Assembly (NCBI GenBank): GCA_001599295.1
Contig: BCGN01000007.1
Location: 322,433 to 386,432, forward strand
Source of the DNA: Sporopachydermia quercuum
Lineage: Eukaryota
Length of the DNA stretch: 64,000 nucleotides
Direction of reading: 5' to 3'
Shown here piece by piece: positions 25,899 to 36,854 of this stretch. The translations under genes were made by a program, and so were the position numbers. Position 1 is the stretch's first letter. Every line of letters starts with the position of its first letter. A model generated the notes under the pieces. The model was not told the DNA's origin and searched no databases. It saw nothing but the letters and a program-made list of their open reading frames with translations.

Positions 25899-27458
25899 TC
25901 AACATTTACAGTTATTCACAGTGCGTGGGAAAGGTATAACATCTTTAATGTTATCTTCTGCCGTTAAGTAACTAATCAGTCGTTCGAATCCCATACCAAA
26001 ACCACCATGAACAGTAGTGCCGTTCCTCCTTAAGTTCAAATACCAGTTCAAAGGGTTAACTGCCATTTTCCTATCAACAATCTCTTGTTCCAGCTTCAAC
26101 GGGTCTTCCTCTCTCAAACTGCCTCCTATTAATTCCCCAATCTCTGGTAATAACAAATCAAAGCATGCAACAGTTCTACCTTCGTCAAAGCTATTCTTCT
26201 TCATATAGAAAGGCTTTAAAGCAGTAGGATAATCAGTAACGAAAACTGGACCTTCAACGTGCACTGCAGCTAACCATTTTTCATGCTCTGACCTTAAATT
26301 GTCTCCATACTTGGGAATAACGTCAAATAGATTCCCATCTTTATTGGCAGCCTCCAGCAAAACATCAATAGCCTCAGCATATGTCATTCTTCTCCATTTC
26401 TCGTCTAATTTTATGGCTTCCCATCTGCTCTTTAAAACTGAGGGTATATCTGTTTGAGTTCTATAATCTACGTCTACCTCTGTCACGACTTTACTTACTT
26501 TATGAGGACGAATAAATGGATTAGCAGTTAATAAATCGCTTTTCACTCCATTTTCATCATTCAACAATCCTTGAACAACGGACTTGATCATAGCTTCAGA
26601 AATTGCGATCAAGTCCTCTAAGTCTTTTACAAAGGAAATCTCAGCTTCAACCATCCAGAACTCGCTCAAGTGACGATTTGTATCACTTTCTTCAGCTCTG
26701 AACGCAGGAGTAAATGTCCATACTTTATTGACGGCAGCTGCCAAAACTTCTAAATGCAACTGAGTAGAAACAGTTAAATATGTTCTCTGACCAAAAAATT
26801 GTGAACCAATAGGAGCTGAATTACTGTTCACCGTAAATAGCTCACCAGCTCCTTCACAGTCCGTAGATGTTATTATTGGTGGATTCACTTGTGTATATTC
26901 TTGGTCATAGAAAAAATCACTAATTTTCTTGATAGCAAAAGATCTAAATCGTAGAACGCTCCCCAAACTCAATGCTCTCCATCTGTATTCTGGAATATTC
27001 CTTAAGAAGTGTCTTGAATGAAACTTCTTCTGCAAAGGATATTCTTCTGTAATAGGACCTAGAACTCGTATGCCAACACCGTCTCTAATGTCCTCGGTGG
27101 ATAATTCAAACGATTGTTCACCAAAAGGAGTTAGCTTGAGGGCTCCTGTAACAGAAACTGTGGCACCTGTCTTGAGATTTGGATTTCTTGCCTTATCAAC
27201 TGGTGCTACAACTAGTAGCTTTTGACTACAAGTTCCATCAGTTACATCGATGAACGCAATTTTCTTAAGCCTGCGAATAGATCTTACCCAGCCGTTAACA
27301 GACACAACAGTATCCTGATTTGGAGGACTATCTATAAGGGATTTTATAGACCTCACGCGTGTCTGAAGAGCATTTTCTTCAATCTTTGGTACCATATGTA
27401 TCAGTCTATTACCACCAAGGATGGCTCTAATAAGCCTTGGAGTTTTATATGGCAGCAT
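25899..27458 (-). CDS. SLM5: Mitochondrial asparaginyl-tRNA synthetase
   Basis: Basic presequence, OB fold (VNGWVRSIR), YLTVSTQLHLE, FRAEESDTNRHLSEFWMVEAE, HGGFGMGFERL. Confidence 0.95.
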   Translation of the reverse strand: MLPYKTPRLIRAILGGNRLIHMVPKIEENALQTRVRSIKSLIDSPPNQDTVVSVNGWVRSIRRLKKIAFIDVTDGTCSQKLLVVAPVDKARNPNLKTGATVSVTGALKLTPFGEQSFELSTEDIRDGVGIRVLGPITEEYPLQKKFHSRHFLRNIPEYRWRALSLGSVLRFRSFAIKKISDFFYDQEYTQVNPPIITSTDCEGAGELFTVNSNSAPIGSQFFGQRTYLTVSTQLHLEVLAAAVNKVWTFTPAFRAEESDTNRHLSEFWMVEAEISFVKDLEDLIAISEAMIKSVVQGLLNDENGVKSDLLTANPFIRPHKVSKVVTEVDVDYRTQTDIPSVLKSRWEAIKLDEKWRRMTYAEAIDVLLEAANKDGNLFDVIPKYGDNLRSEHEKWLAAVHVEGPVFVTDYPTALKPFYMKKNSFDEGRTVACFDLLLPEIGELIGGSLREEDPLKLEQEIVDRKMAVNPLNWYLNLRRNGTTVHGGFGMGFERLISYLTAEDNIKDVIPFPRTVNNCKC

Positions 27459-27745
27459 TATTCAGATTAGTCAATACGTGTAAGTAATTTCTACTTGTTT
27501 CCAAAATAGTAACGACAGAGTGACACCGATAGTGATAGCAATACTTATATAATGTCTAATAACCTGCAAATGCTTCAGATCTTACACATTGTAAAGAAGA
27601 GTTGATAGAGAAACAATAACGGTGAATTCCTGATAGACACAATAAATTCAACAGCATTCGATTTGATTGTCGGGATAAAATTCCATCCTACCCTAATTTG
27701 GCAATAACAGATCATGTGGCTCGAGTAAGTGCATTATATTTATGT

Positions 27746-27751
27746 CACGTG
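27746..27751. promoter_or_regulatory. E-box CACGTG (Cbf1/bHLH type); further intergenic copies at 2834, 25296, 29163, 45939, 46094
   Basis: GTCACGTGAT upstream of SLM5; TCACGTG(A) recurs in promoter-side intergenic DNA. Confidence 0.45.
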
Positions 27752-27963
27752 ATGTATGCAAGATTATGCATATAATGCATGTGAAAATGAACATCAACTG
27801 GAATAGATGGATCAATGGGATTATACGTTTACCATATTAATACTACCATAACGACAAAAGTACTGTGGAAACCCTAAATTTGCTTTATCTATTAGATTAC
27901 AAACAAACACCAAGCCTAAAAGTGTACTATGTAACTGAACCCTTCATTCTATTACCGGTCCAT

Positions 27964-29040
27964 CTAATCCAAACGTGTAATGTCAACTGTTTCATCATTC
28001 CTACTTTTTTTCCTATGCTGCTGAGCAATAAACACCTCCACCCGTTTCTTAAGTCCGCTATTTGGCGTGAGATCGGATACTGAAATCAGTTTATCACACG
28101 CAGGAATAGGACATTTTGTCCTATTGTTGTTAGATCGTATGACTTGCACAATAGCTTCTCTCTCAAAGGAATGTCGACAAGATTTACTAACAACAGGATC
28201 AACAAACAACGACATTGTTAAGGGACACTTCAACGAGATGGTTTGGTCACCAACTACTAGCTCATCATCTCCATTAGCATTCTCAGTCAAGCTGTTTAAA
28301 TATGTAATAACTTCATCCTTCAACTTCGTATCAATTTGATCATCTTTGACATTAATATTCTGTAAGACCCATTGTGCCCATGGTTCGTCTCCACCCAGTG
28401 CCTTTTCAGGATATATTCTCGCCCATGCAGACTCTCTAAATTCTTGTAAAATATCGGCTTCTTCTCTAGCAAAAGCTGTGGCATCTTTCACATTCCTCAT
28501 GTATTCTTGATGTATTGTATGTCCCATATCAGAATATAGGCCTTTAACTGATGCTCCAGAACTTATATAATTCCCATTAGAATCACTATTCGATATGTAG
28601 CCATTCAGTTTCTCTACCGATAGGCCATTGCTGAGATTCCCTCTCAGTATGTCTTCCAGCGAAGCTTCTTTATCCTGTTCATCATCACAGTACGAATTAT
28701 CATGATTTGCGCATGCTATCAGTGAAGACTTTGATAAAGAGATGAAATCTTGAAACAGATTTCTATTTGCTGATCCCGACAAAAGCTTTTTCAGCTGTTG
28801 TTCAGATTTGCCTAGCCATAACATCAATTCCCCATTTTTGGCATCAACATCTCCTTGAAACTCGTTCTCACCATATTGCTCTGTTAGTTGCTCTGCGTTT
28901 GATATCAGCTCTTTCTTTGAATTCTCAATCAGACTGATGAGTTTTGCCATCGGGGTTTGGATTTGATTTAGTTCTTTCACAGCTAGCCAAGTAAAAGGCA
29001 ACCGGTTTTCCGAAAGCTGTTCTGTTATTTCACCTGACAT
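27964..29040 (-). CDS. MMS21: SUMO E3 ligase Mms21/Nse2 (Smc5/6 complex)
   Basis: DDELVVG...ISLKCPLT...PVVSKSCRHSFEREAI...CPIPAC is an SP-RING; helical N-terminus. Confidence 0.9.
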   Translation of the reverse strand: MSGEITEQLSENRLPFTWLAVKELNQIQTPMAKLISLIENSKKELISNAEQLTEQYGENEFQGDVDAKNGELMLWLGKSEQQLKKLLSGSANRNLFQDFISLSKSSLIACANHDNSYCDDEQDKEASLEDILRGNLSNGLSVEKLNGYISNSDSNGNYISSGASVKGLYSDMGHTIHQEYMRNVKDATAFAREEADILQEFRESAWARIYPEKALGGDEPWAQWVLQNINVKDDQIDTKLKDEVITYLNSLTENANGDDELVVGDQTISLKCPLTMSLFVDPVVSKSCRHSFEREAIVQVIRSNNNRTKCPIPACDKLISVSDLTPNSGLKKRVEVFIAQQHRKKSRNDETVDITRLD

Positions 29041-29851
29041 TGTGAATGTTTATTGGTTGATATGGNGATAAGCATCGAATGCTGGATTGCTGGAGATAAT
29101 TAAGTGATCAAATGGTGCTGGAAAATCTGTAATCTGAATAGTAAAACGTCTGCAGTTCGTTTCACGTGAATCGGGTCACGATAGAATTGGCGCAATTTAG
29201 ATAAACGGTTAGCAATGATTATGTTCTGGATTGATGGATTATAGCAGATGATTTGGTTAAGAAAATGGAAAGGCGTGTTTCAAGAGGACGCGACTTATGC
29301 GGATCTTGCATGAATGTGCATACATATGGACACTTTGAGAGCTGATTTGCCTATTTTAGTAGGATAACTGTACATTGGAAAAAGATGAATTTTACTGGAT
29401 ACAAGTATAATTGAAAGAATAGTAGATTTGATGTGATTGTTTTAACAGATCCATCCTCTGTTTACTGGATTTTAAGCTGTTAAATACATATTAATGTACT
29501 AATAGCATATTAAGTGTTCTTAAGTTAAGAACGCAAGGTTTCTGCATCTTCATATATGCTTGCATGATTATACATGAGTTATCAGCTTCTGGCACACAAC
29601 ATAAAATAAAAAGCTAGAAGCCATTAAATTCTTATTGAAAGCTATATATCCTCTTATCTATAGTTTTCATATATAGTGATTTTTTACTGTCATATTATAC
29701 TTAACTATTAAGTTCTGAAGTACTATACAATTTTCACTTACGACGCCTGTTGCTTTTCCTATGAACTGCTATCCATTATGTACATGTAAATCACCAAGCT
29801 CGCTATGATTCTAGCTCTCTGTCCATGGACTATTATAACTAGTTCTTGTGA

Positions 29852-30412
29852 TTACTTTGAAGGAACAGGCCTCGCTGTAAANATTATTTTATACCTAATG
29901 ATTTCCATTACTGTGACCGATGCAACGTGGTTGGCGGGACAATCAGCATTAGTGAATGTTTGAGAACTACTCCTCGTTGGATCAGAAATCCCATTAGGAC
30001 TACCCATATTCAACACTGCTAAAGGAGTAGATAACTTCTGAACTTTTCCTATTAATTTTTGATTTTCCCCGATATACAATTCTGCATTCGTATTGTTGAT
30101 ATTCTCGACATCTGTATCAATCACCAGTTGTCCTATCTTCAAAAGTTTTTCTTCATCGCTTGTAGTATGTGTATCTAGTCTTGGCTTTTTGCTCAGCTGT
30201 TCTTGTTCCTCAGGGTTAATTGCAGTTTTACCCTCTATGTGTTTTCTCTCAAAAGCTTTCGTTATATTCGAAAGAGTAGATGTTTGTATTTCTCCTTGAA
30301 TTTCAATCATGGCGATATCATTCCCCAGCTTTACAAGCAATGGGTTTCCTTCTACTGCGCTGTCGCGCGTCGATAGACTACCTATCTTACTAGTCACAAT
30401 AGCTGAAGGCAT
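29852..30412 (-). CDS. CTF8: Ctf18-RFC subunit Ctf8 (186 aa)
   Basis: Starts MPSAIV at ATG 30412; MIEIQGEI, LYIGENQKLIGKVQKLSTPLAVL, IIRYKIxFTARPVP. Confidence 0.9.
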   Translation of the reverse strand: MPSAIVTSKIGSLSTRDSAVEGNPLLVKLGNDIAMIEIQGEIQTSTLSNITKAFERKHIEGKTAINPEEQEQLSKKPRLDTHTTSDEEKLLKIGQLVIDTDVENINNTNAELYIGENQKLIGKVQKLSTPLAVLNMGSPNGISDPTRSSSQTFTNADCPANHVASVTVMEIIRYKIXFTARPVPSK

Positions 30413-30926
30413 CGCGTCTTTATCTATCAATGATCAATCTGCCAATCCCAGCATTTGCTTTACAAACTATTAATAATACCTTCATTGGCAATTAACAAAA
30501 GAACTCTCATACAAGCAGTTTTCCCTATAATATTCAACCCATAAACAACATTGCAATCTCTTATCTACGAAGCCAACTCAATCAAACGACTTTCACCTCT
30601 CTCTTCACAACAATGTGACAGCAAGATATAACTGATTACATAATCTGATAAAACTAAACTTCATGATTCAAATTTATGTCACTTTCTGATCATGTCATAC
30701 AATATTCAGTCTGTATTTTGCTTCAAACTTTCCTTTCCATAACATTTGCCTATCCTTACACACTGACAATAATAGACTATTATCAATAACATTTACGCTT
30801 TCTCTATCAAAACCTGTAGAAAGCTTTACAGAATTGACCTATTTGACTCTAATACCTTTCTATAGAGCATTGCAAGCCATTTTGAGGCTGCAGAATAACT
30901 GCAGTTCATACAAACAAACCCTCAGC

Positions 30927-33638
30927 ATGCTTGGGGCATTGGAGAAACTTGTTCTGGCACAAATCGTGTACCAAACAATCGAAAATGCTAAACCAGCAAC
31001 AGGTGCTAATAAAACGTCTTTCTTCATAGTTAATGTTGCATTGATTACATCGCAATTCAATAGTAACCCCATGATCTTGGAAAAACTAAAAAGCTTTAAA
31101 GAACGCGGCATTGGTATAGGGAATGGAAGCAGCAACACCAATAGTAACAGTCCTACAACTACCACTGGAGGTATAGAAGAAGGATTTCTTAATGAAGAGA
31201 AATGCACAAGAGAAATAAAGGAACTTTTACATCATGAAAAGTCGTTTATTTATTCCAGTAGCCATACACCTTCTATGTTGCAGATCTCAACTGATGCTCT
31301 GCAGTATTTGAGCTCAGCTATACATAAATTATATGACCAGTACAAACTGGTGTTAATACAGTTAATCAAGAACGATGAAGAGAAATACCAATCCAAGATA
31401 AAAGAGATTGAAATGATCGAGAAAGGTGAATTAGACAAAGAACTCGTGAGAGAAAATGCAGTGTTGGCCCAAATCAAAACTGCCCAGCAAGCCCATAGGT
31501 TACATCCGCAAGGTCAGAGAGGCAGACAACAGTACAGGTCACAAACTCCTATTTCACATCAAATCCAAAGACAAATTTACTCTTCCATGTCTAACATGAC
31601 CCAAAGGAAGTCTTCATCGCCACAGGTTCCTGATAGATCGAGATCCATTACGCCTGGTAAAGAGATGAGTAATTCTATCTCTTCTGGTAGCACTGGACCC
31701 TCTACTAACTCTTCTCCAAAATCAGCTCCTGCTGCTAATACTGTTTCGACGTCTGTAACTGCTCCTGTGCCAAATAACGTTGTAGTATCTAAAGAAAAAA
31801 CTGTTACTGGTGATGTTTCTGTTAGAGAAACAGTACCTGCGGCTACTAACGGTACTAATTCTGGAACCCCTGCGAGTACAACGAGTAACATTCCTATTTC
31901 CAATACTCTAAACAAAAATGGCACTTCTAGCATGAGCGATAGTACCGTTTCTAGTACTGATAGTAGACTGACAGAAGAACTCCATATAGGAATAGGGACC
32001 AAGCGGAAACTTGATGATACTACAAATACCCAAAGCATCAGTATCAAGAAAGAGAAGCTTGAACAAAACACGAGAACTATTGAAGATATTGATATGAGAG
32101 ATTCTGATGTTCGTGAGAAAAATGGTAATTCNAATACCAATGCTATTGCTAATGCTAGTGACGAGGCTATTGGAGCAAATACTAATAGCGACAATATCAA
32201 GGTAGAGCAAGCAAAACTAGAAATAGAAAAGGGGGGAAACGTGAACTTGAACCTGAATCAACAGAAGCAAGGAAAAGGACTAGTACAATATCAAACCGCA
32301 AAACCGGGATTGAAACAAGAGCTCAAGAAAAAACTAAATGAAGCCTCAAAAGAAGAACCAGAAGTTGGGAAAAAGGTGCCAGCTAGCAATGCTGAGAGTA
32401 CTGCAGGTCGTGAGAACACTTCTAGTAGTAACGTTAATGATACCACCGTCACTGATGCTGTCAGTGGAAAGATTTCTGATGCTTCTTTTACAGGTAGTAA
32501 TAACGTTTCTCCTGTTCCTACTACTGATGTCTCTAAGAATCCTGCTGACATGTCTAAGGCTGTTACTGCTGGTGGCGATGACACGCCGCTCAAAGAAAAG
32601 ACATCTCAAGGCTCTGTTCACGCTGGAAGATCCCCAAGGTCTGCCAGTCCTGCCACTCCAGGTAGTGTTGATGGTGAAAAGGAAAATATCTATCAAGATG
32701 CTTTTGAAGAGTTGCCTCGGGAGCCAGTCAGCATTATGCCCAATGAGACTGAGGCAAAGGCGGGAGCCGATGGAGCAGAAAAGCTGACGGAGACAGAAGA
32801 GCAAAGAGTAATTAGTAAGTCAACACACACTGCTGTTGCAAGTAAGAGTAATGATAGTTTGAACGTGAACGTGAATAAGGAGAAGGAGAAGGAGAAGGAT
32901 AAGAGTGAAGCTAATGCAGATGCTGCGGCTAGTAACTCTGAAGTAAAGGTAGATTCGAGTGGTATTATCGGTACTATAGCAGCTTCTCCTAGTTTATCAA
33001 AAGGAATCAGTACCGCTAAGACTAAATCTACTTCTGATACTACTCTCTCAACTTCTACATCAAAATCTACAGAAGTTTTATCTCTAATTTATGATAAGAA
33101 TGATAATGATACTGATTATAAGAGCGCTGAAACGTTGGATTCGGCCAAGAAAAACCCTAAAGCCACGACTAAGTCGCCTGAGACCTCCAACCAAAAAGAG
33201 GAATCCACTGCAACAAGTATAAACAATATGTCGCGATCAATTGTCGCGGCAACAGAGGAAAGTAATGATACAATGCATGAACCACCAAAGCATAAACCAA
33301 ATCGTCGTTTCCAATCATTAATAGCTCCAGTGTTGTCAGATCTCATGTCTAATAGAAATGCGTCGTTTTTCATGCACCCTGTCCATGAAAGTGATGCCCC
33401 GGGTTACTACGATATGATATTTACACCAATTGATCTGAAATCAATCAAGGATCAAATAAAAGATGGCAGGCTACAGAATACAACTGAATTAGCCAGAGAA
33501 TTATGGCGCATGTTTGCTAATGCTGTTATGTATAATAAATCTGGTTCAGATGTGTATGAATGGACGTTAGAAATGGTTCGTGATTTCGAATTACTATGGC
33601 AAGTGATCGAAGAAGCTGAAGGAGAGTCCGAAGAGTAA
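30927..33638 (+). CDS. NuA4/TINTIN-type bromodomain protein (Eaf5-like N-terminus, low-complexity middle, C-terminal bromodomain; BRD8/Bdc1-like), 903 aa
   Basis: First ATG at 30927 (MLGALEKLVLAQIVY). Bromodomain FMHPVHESDAPGYYDMIFTPIDLKSIK...MFANAVMYN keeps the acetyl-lysine-binding Asn. Confidence 0.8.
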   Translation: MLGALEKLVLAQIVYQTIENAKPATGANKTSFFIVNVALITSQFNSNPMILEKLKSFKERGIGIGNGSSNTNSNSPTTTTGGIEEGFLNEEKCTREIKELLHHEKSFIYSSSHTPSMLQISTDALQYLSSAIHKLYDQYKLVLIQLIKNDEEKYQSKIKEIEMIEKGELDKELVRENAVLAQIKTAQQAHRLHPQGQRGRQQYRSQTPISHQIQRQIYSSMSNMTQRKSSSPQVPDRSRSITPGKEMSNSISSGSTGPSTNSSPKSAPAANTVSTSVTAPVPNNVVVSKEKTVTGDVSVRETVPAATNGTNSGTPASTTSNIPISNTLNKNGTSSMSDSTVSSTDSRLTEELHIGIGTKRKLDDTTNTQSISIKKEKLEQNTRTIEDIDMRDSDVREKNGNXNTNAIANASDEAIGANTNSDNIKVEQAKLEIEKGGNVNLNLNQQKQGKGLVQYQTAKPGLKQELKKKLNEASKEEPEVGKKVPASNAESTAGRENTSSSNVNDTTVTDAVSGKISDASFTGSNNVSPVPTTDVSKNPADMSKAVTAGGDDTPLKEKTSQGSVHAGRSPRSASPATPGSVDGEKENIYQDAFEELPREPVSIMPNETEAKAGADGAEKLTETEEQRVISKSTHTAVASKSNDSLNVNVNKEKEKEKDKSEANADAAASNSEVKVDSSGIIGTIAASPSLSKGISTAKTKSTSDTTLSTSTSKSTEVLSLIYDKNDNDTDYKSAETLDSAKKNPKATTKSPETSNQKEESTATSINNMSRSIVAATEESNDTMHEPPKHKPNRRFQSLIAPVLSDLMSNRNASFFMHPVHESDAPGYYDMIFTPIDLKSIKDQIKDGRLQNTTELARELWRMFANAVMYNKSGSDVYEWTLEMVRDFELLWQVIEEAEGESEE

Positions 33639-33730
33639 TTTTTGACTGGAAAATGCAAGAAGTTTACATAAATAGTATGGGTTGACAGGAAAATGTTGCT
33701 GATGGATAATAGAGTTGTTGAAATGGTGAC

Positions 33731-33754
33731 GGTGGTGGTGGTGGTGGTGGTGGT
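33731..33754. repeat. (GGT)x8 microsatellite
   Basis: Read directly from the sequence. Confidence 0.9.
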
Positions 33755-34136
33755 GAGATGGTATAGTATAAGATAACATAGTATAATATGGGATAGTCTT
33801 CAATAGTAAATACTAACCTAACATACATGAACTATCAACATTCTGATTCTCGTTCACCTTTAATTTCAACCACTTTAATGTGATACAATAAAAATGTAAC
33901 GTTTCAAGGGGTTCTTTTGATCGTCCGGTATTTTATCACCGTTCTTCCTCTACTTTGTAAAAATACTCATTTCATACAATGTAATAAATCAACTGCTAGT
34001 GATAGAACAGCCTCATCGTTATTATTATTGTTGTTTTCCTCCTCGTCCTTATAATCTATATACAATAAAATATTTCAAAAACAATGATAAAGAATTGTTT
34101 CTATAATCCTTGTCAAAGACTCAACTGCATTTTCCT

Positions 34137-34566
34137 TCAACGTTGCATAGACTTGGTCAATAAATCGCTGGATTGTATGTTAGTATCAGAGGCAAGAGTA
34201 GAGACAGCAGATACACATATATATTTATGATACAGTAAACTTTCTTGCAGAATGCACAAACAAAGTTTATAATATCATTGTTCATACTCTCATCGTGATC
34301 CTTTCGCTGTTGATCCATCTCCTGAATACTTACTTTTGTTCTTGGAATCTTTGTCCCACTCGTTCACTGTGTTTCAAAAACTTTTCTGCACATTTCAATG
34401 TGCAAGCCTCTTCACGTCCGGTCAATTTGTTTGAAGTGAAATCGTTGACGCAATCATTGAAACATCTTTCCACTAATGAAGAATACAATCTCATGAAATC
34501 TTTCATTTGCTTCTTTTCCAAGATAGCTTGAAACTCTTGTTGTTCACGTAGGTTTAATTGTTCCAT
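34137..34566 (-). CDS. TIM9: Mitochondrial IMS chaperone Tim9; exons 34566-34334 and 34167-34137 (87 aa)
   Basis: Twin CX3C (CFNDC...CTLKC), [24 protein letters not shown]. Intron 34333-34168 (GTAAGT...TACTAAC...CAG) restores [10 protein letters not shown]. Confidence 0.95.
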
Positions 34567-34748
34567 TTTGATAGTTGAGTATTATAAGGGTTTTGTGTTG
34601 TATAGTACGAAGGCAGATAAACAGAAAAATCAGATTGCTATGTGGGTATCGTATAAAGAAATGATGTGGACTGTATAGTGTTGAACCATTGACAGAGAGA
34701 GATTAACAGCGTTAATNGTACAAGAATGATGATTAGCCACTGAGATGT

Positions 34749-34758
34749 TGAAAAATTT
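34749..34758. promoter_or_regulatory. RRPE/RGE-like TGAAAAATTT upstream of TIM9
   Basis: Motif about 185 nt upstream of the ATG. Confidence 0.35.
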
Positions 34759-35873
34759 CCATTTTGTCACTTTTCAGCATAAGTGTTATTTATTGTTGTG
34801 TGCATTGCTAAGGTAATTAATGATTATGTGATCTGAGGGTGGAAAAGATATTGTGATTATGTCATTACTTTGATGTTTCCTAGTTTTTCTTGCGTACATA
34901 ACGGAGAGGAGTTGGAGGGGAAAGAAATGAAGATTTGATGAGTGGTTAGGAAATCTGGTTAGAGAACAATGGAGGAAAGTGCATAATAGACATGAAGAGA
35001 TTGCTAAATGTTTNTTAAATAAAAGAGTTTACTGAGTTGCAAGTTGGTTAAAAGTGAGTCCATTTGATGAGATAGAGAGGTCTGCTGGTGCGAAATGATG
35101 TGTAATGAGAGGTGATGGTCAATGTGGGGGACGAGATCGGGCAAGCATTGAATTATAGGCTCGAATATAGGCTTTTTCATTAAATCGGCTCAAGAATAAC
35201 ATTTTAAGTGATTTCAATCAATCAATCTTTATGTAGGGCATTTTAACTAAGAGCATAGACAATAATTTTTGTTTTCTGTTATTCATTGTGAAACAAGGAA
35301 AAGTACCTGCCTGTACCCCTTGTCACAATATTTAGGTGATCATTGCATTCGAAGGTCAAGCTCTGTGATGATGTGATAGCCAGGTTATATGCATTGGCTA
35401 CTAAAAGTTCAGTCATCCCTATTGAGTCTTGATAGANTCCAGAATTCTTAAACTCTTCTGAAATTTATGAACCGATTAATGGAATAAATAACGAGTAGGT
35501 TGTGATGAATCGATGCCCTCATTGAAAGATCTAGGTGTACGGATGAATATAAACGTGGGGAGAGAAAAACAGAAAAGCAATTGAGCGTTAAAAGATAGAA
35601 GGCAAAGGGCCTACTGAATAATTGAGAATATGAATTTGTTATGTATGGTAACCTGTTGGAATGATTGACAATGTCTGAAAGCACACAAATGGTTATGCAT
35701 TGAGGAATATTAATTACATAGTAGAACAAGATGTTTCAAGTTGTAGTCAATCACCTTTCTTTGTTGAACTAACCATTGCGTATAATCTACCGACACATTA
35801 TTATTCGTAACATTTTTTTCATAAATTCAGTTAGTTTATATAATTATATATACTCAGTACTAGAGAAGTATTT

Positions 35874-36854
35874 TTAGGCTTCAACTTTCTCCGTCAACAA
35901 TTCCAAAAGAGTGACACAATCAGCAGAGAACTTTCTGATACCTTCAGACAACTTTTCAGTGGACATTTGGTCTTCATTCAAAGCAAATCTGAAAGCAGGT
36001 TCATCATCGACATAGGTAACTTTTTCCAAGTCAAGAGCTTGAGCGGCTTGAGCATCTAACTTCTTAGGAAGTTCTTCAGTAGAGTTGTATAATTCTTCTA
36101 GTAACTTGGGGGCAATGGTGAGGAAATCAACACCTGCTAGTTCTTTGATTTCACCAGTGTTTCTGAAAGAAGCACCCATAACAATGGTTTTGTAACCAAA
36201 CTTTTTGTAGTAGTTGTAGATATTCTTGACGGAAACGACACCAGGATCTTCAGCACCTTCGTAATTCTTTCCAGTGGAAGCCTTATACCAATCCAAAATT
36301 CTTCCTACAAAAGGAGAGATCAAAGTAACTTGAGCTTCAGCACAAGCAACGGCTTGGGCGAAAGAGAACAATAAAGTCAAATTACAATGAATTCCGTACT
36401 TGGCTTCTAGTTCTCTGGCAGCTTGAATACCTTCCCAGGTTGAGGCAATTTTAATCAAGATTCTTTCTTTATCGATACCCTTGCTCTTGTATAAATCGAT
36501 TAATTCAATGGCCTTCTTGATGGTAGCTTCCTTGTCGAAAGACAATCTAGCATCAACTTCAGTAGAAACTCTGCCAGGAACAATCTTCAAAATGGCAGTA
36601 CCGAAATTGATAAGTAAGATATCTAAAGCAAGGTTGGCAATTTCTTCGACTGACTTACCTTCAGCTTGAGCCTTAGCTTCAGCAATGGCATCATCGATCA
36701 GTTGGACGTATTCTCCCTTCTTGGAAGCAGCCAAAATCAAAGATGGGTTGGTGGTTGAATCTTGGGGCTTATATTTGGCAATTGATTCGAACTCACCGGT
36801 GTCGGTAACGACAACGGTGCCTGTAGCCTTCAAGTAGTCTAATGAAGAAGACAT
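35874..36854 (-). CDS. TAL1: Transaldolase
   Basis: [57 protein letters not shown]; strongly biased codon usage. Confidence 0.98.
   Translation of the reverse strand: MSSSLDYLKATGTVVVTDTGEFESIAKYKPQDSTTNPSLILAASKKGEYVQLIDDAIAEAKAQAEGKSVEEIANLALDILLINFGTAILKIVPGRVSTEVDARLSFDKEATIKKAIELIDLYKSKGIDKERILIKIASTWEGIQAARELEAKYGIHCNLTLLFSFAQAVACAEAQVTLISPFVGRILDWYKASTGKNYEGAEDPGVVSVKNIYNYYKKFGYKTIVMGASFRNTGEIKELAGVDFLTIAPKLLEELYNSTEELPKKLDAQAAQALDLEKVTYVDDEPAFRFALNEDQMSTEKLSEGIRKFSADCVTLLELLTEKVEA

Noticed and set aside
25982..25992. GTTCGAATCC tRNA B-box-like words (similar at about 45255 and 52187)
   Set aside because: All lie inside protein-coding frames with no cloverleaf or A box.
27744..27753. 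CDEI-like GTCACGTG as a point centromere
   Set aside because: No CDEII/CDEIII arrangement follows; better explained as a promoter E-box.
30834..30926. Upstream coding exon for the bromodomain gene (acceptor-like TTTCTATAG at 30865)
   Set aside because: The only nearby ATG/donor pair (30692/30713) is out of phase and the donor is weak.
35365..35461. C/D snoRNA-like GTGATGA...CTGA with CAGTCATCCCT resembling an snR38-type guide
   Set aside because: The guide has a mismatch and wrong spacing to a D' box, and there is no terminal stem; likely chance.
18300..35870. RNase P RNA (RPR1) and PMP1/2 proteolipid, expected from the S. cerevisiae neighbourhood
   Set aside because: I found no GGGAAATTCGGTG-like core and no MxLPGGVILVF ORF by eye; an Infernal or tBLASTn search would settle it.
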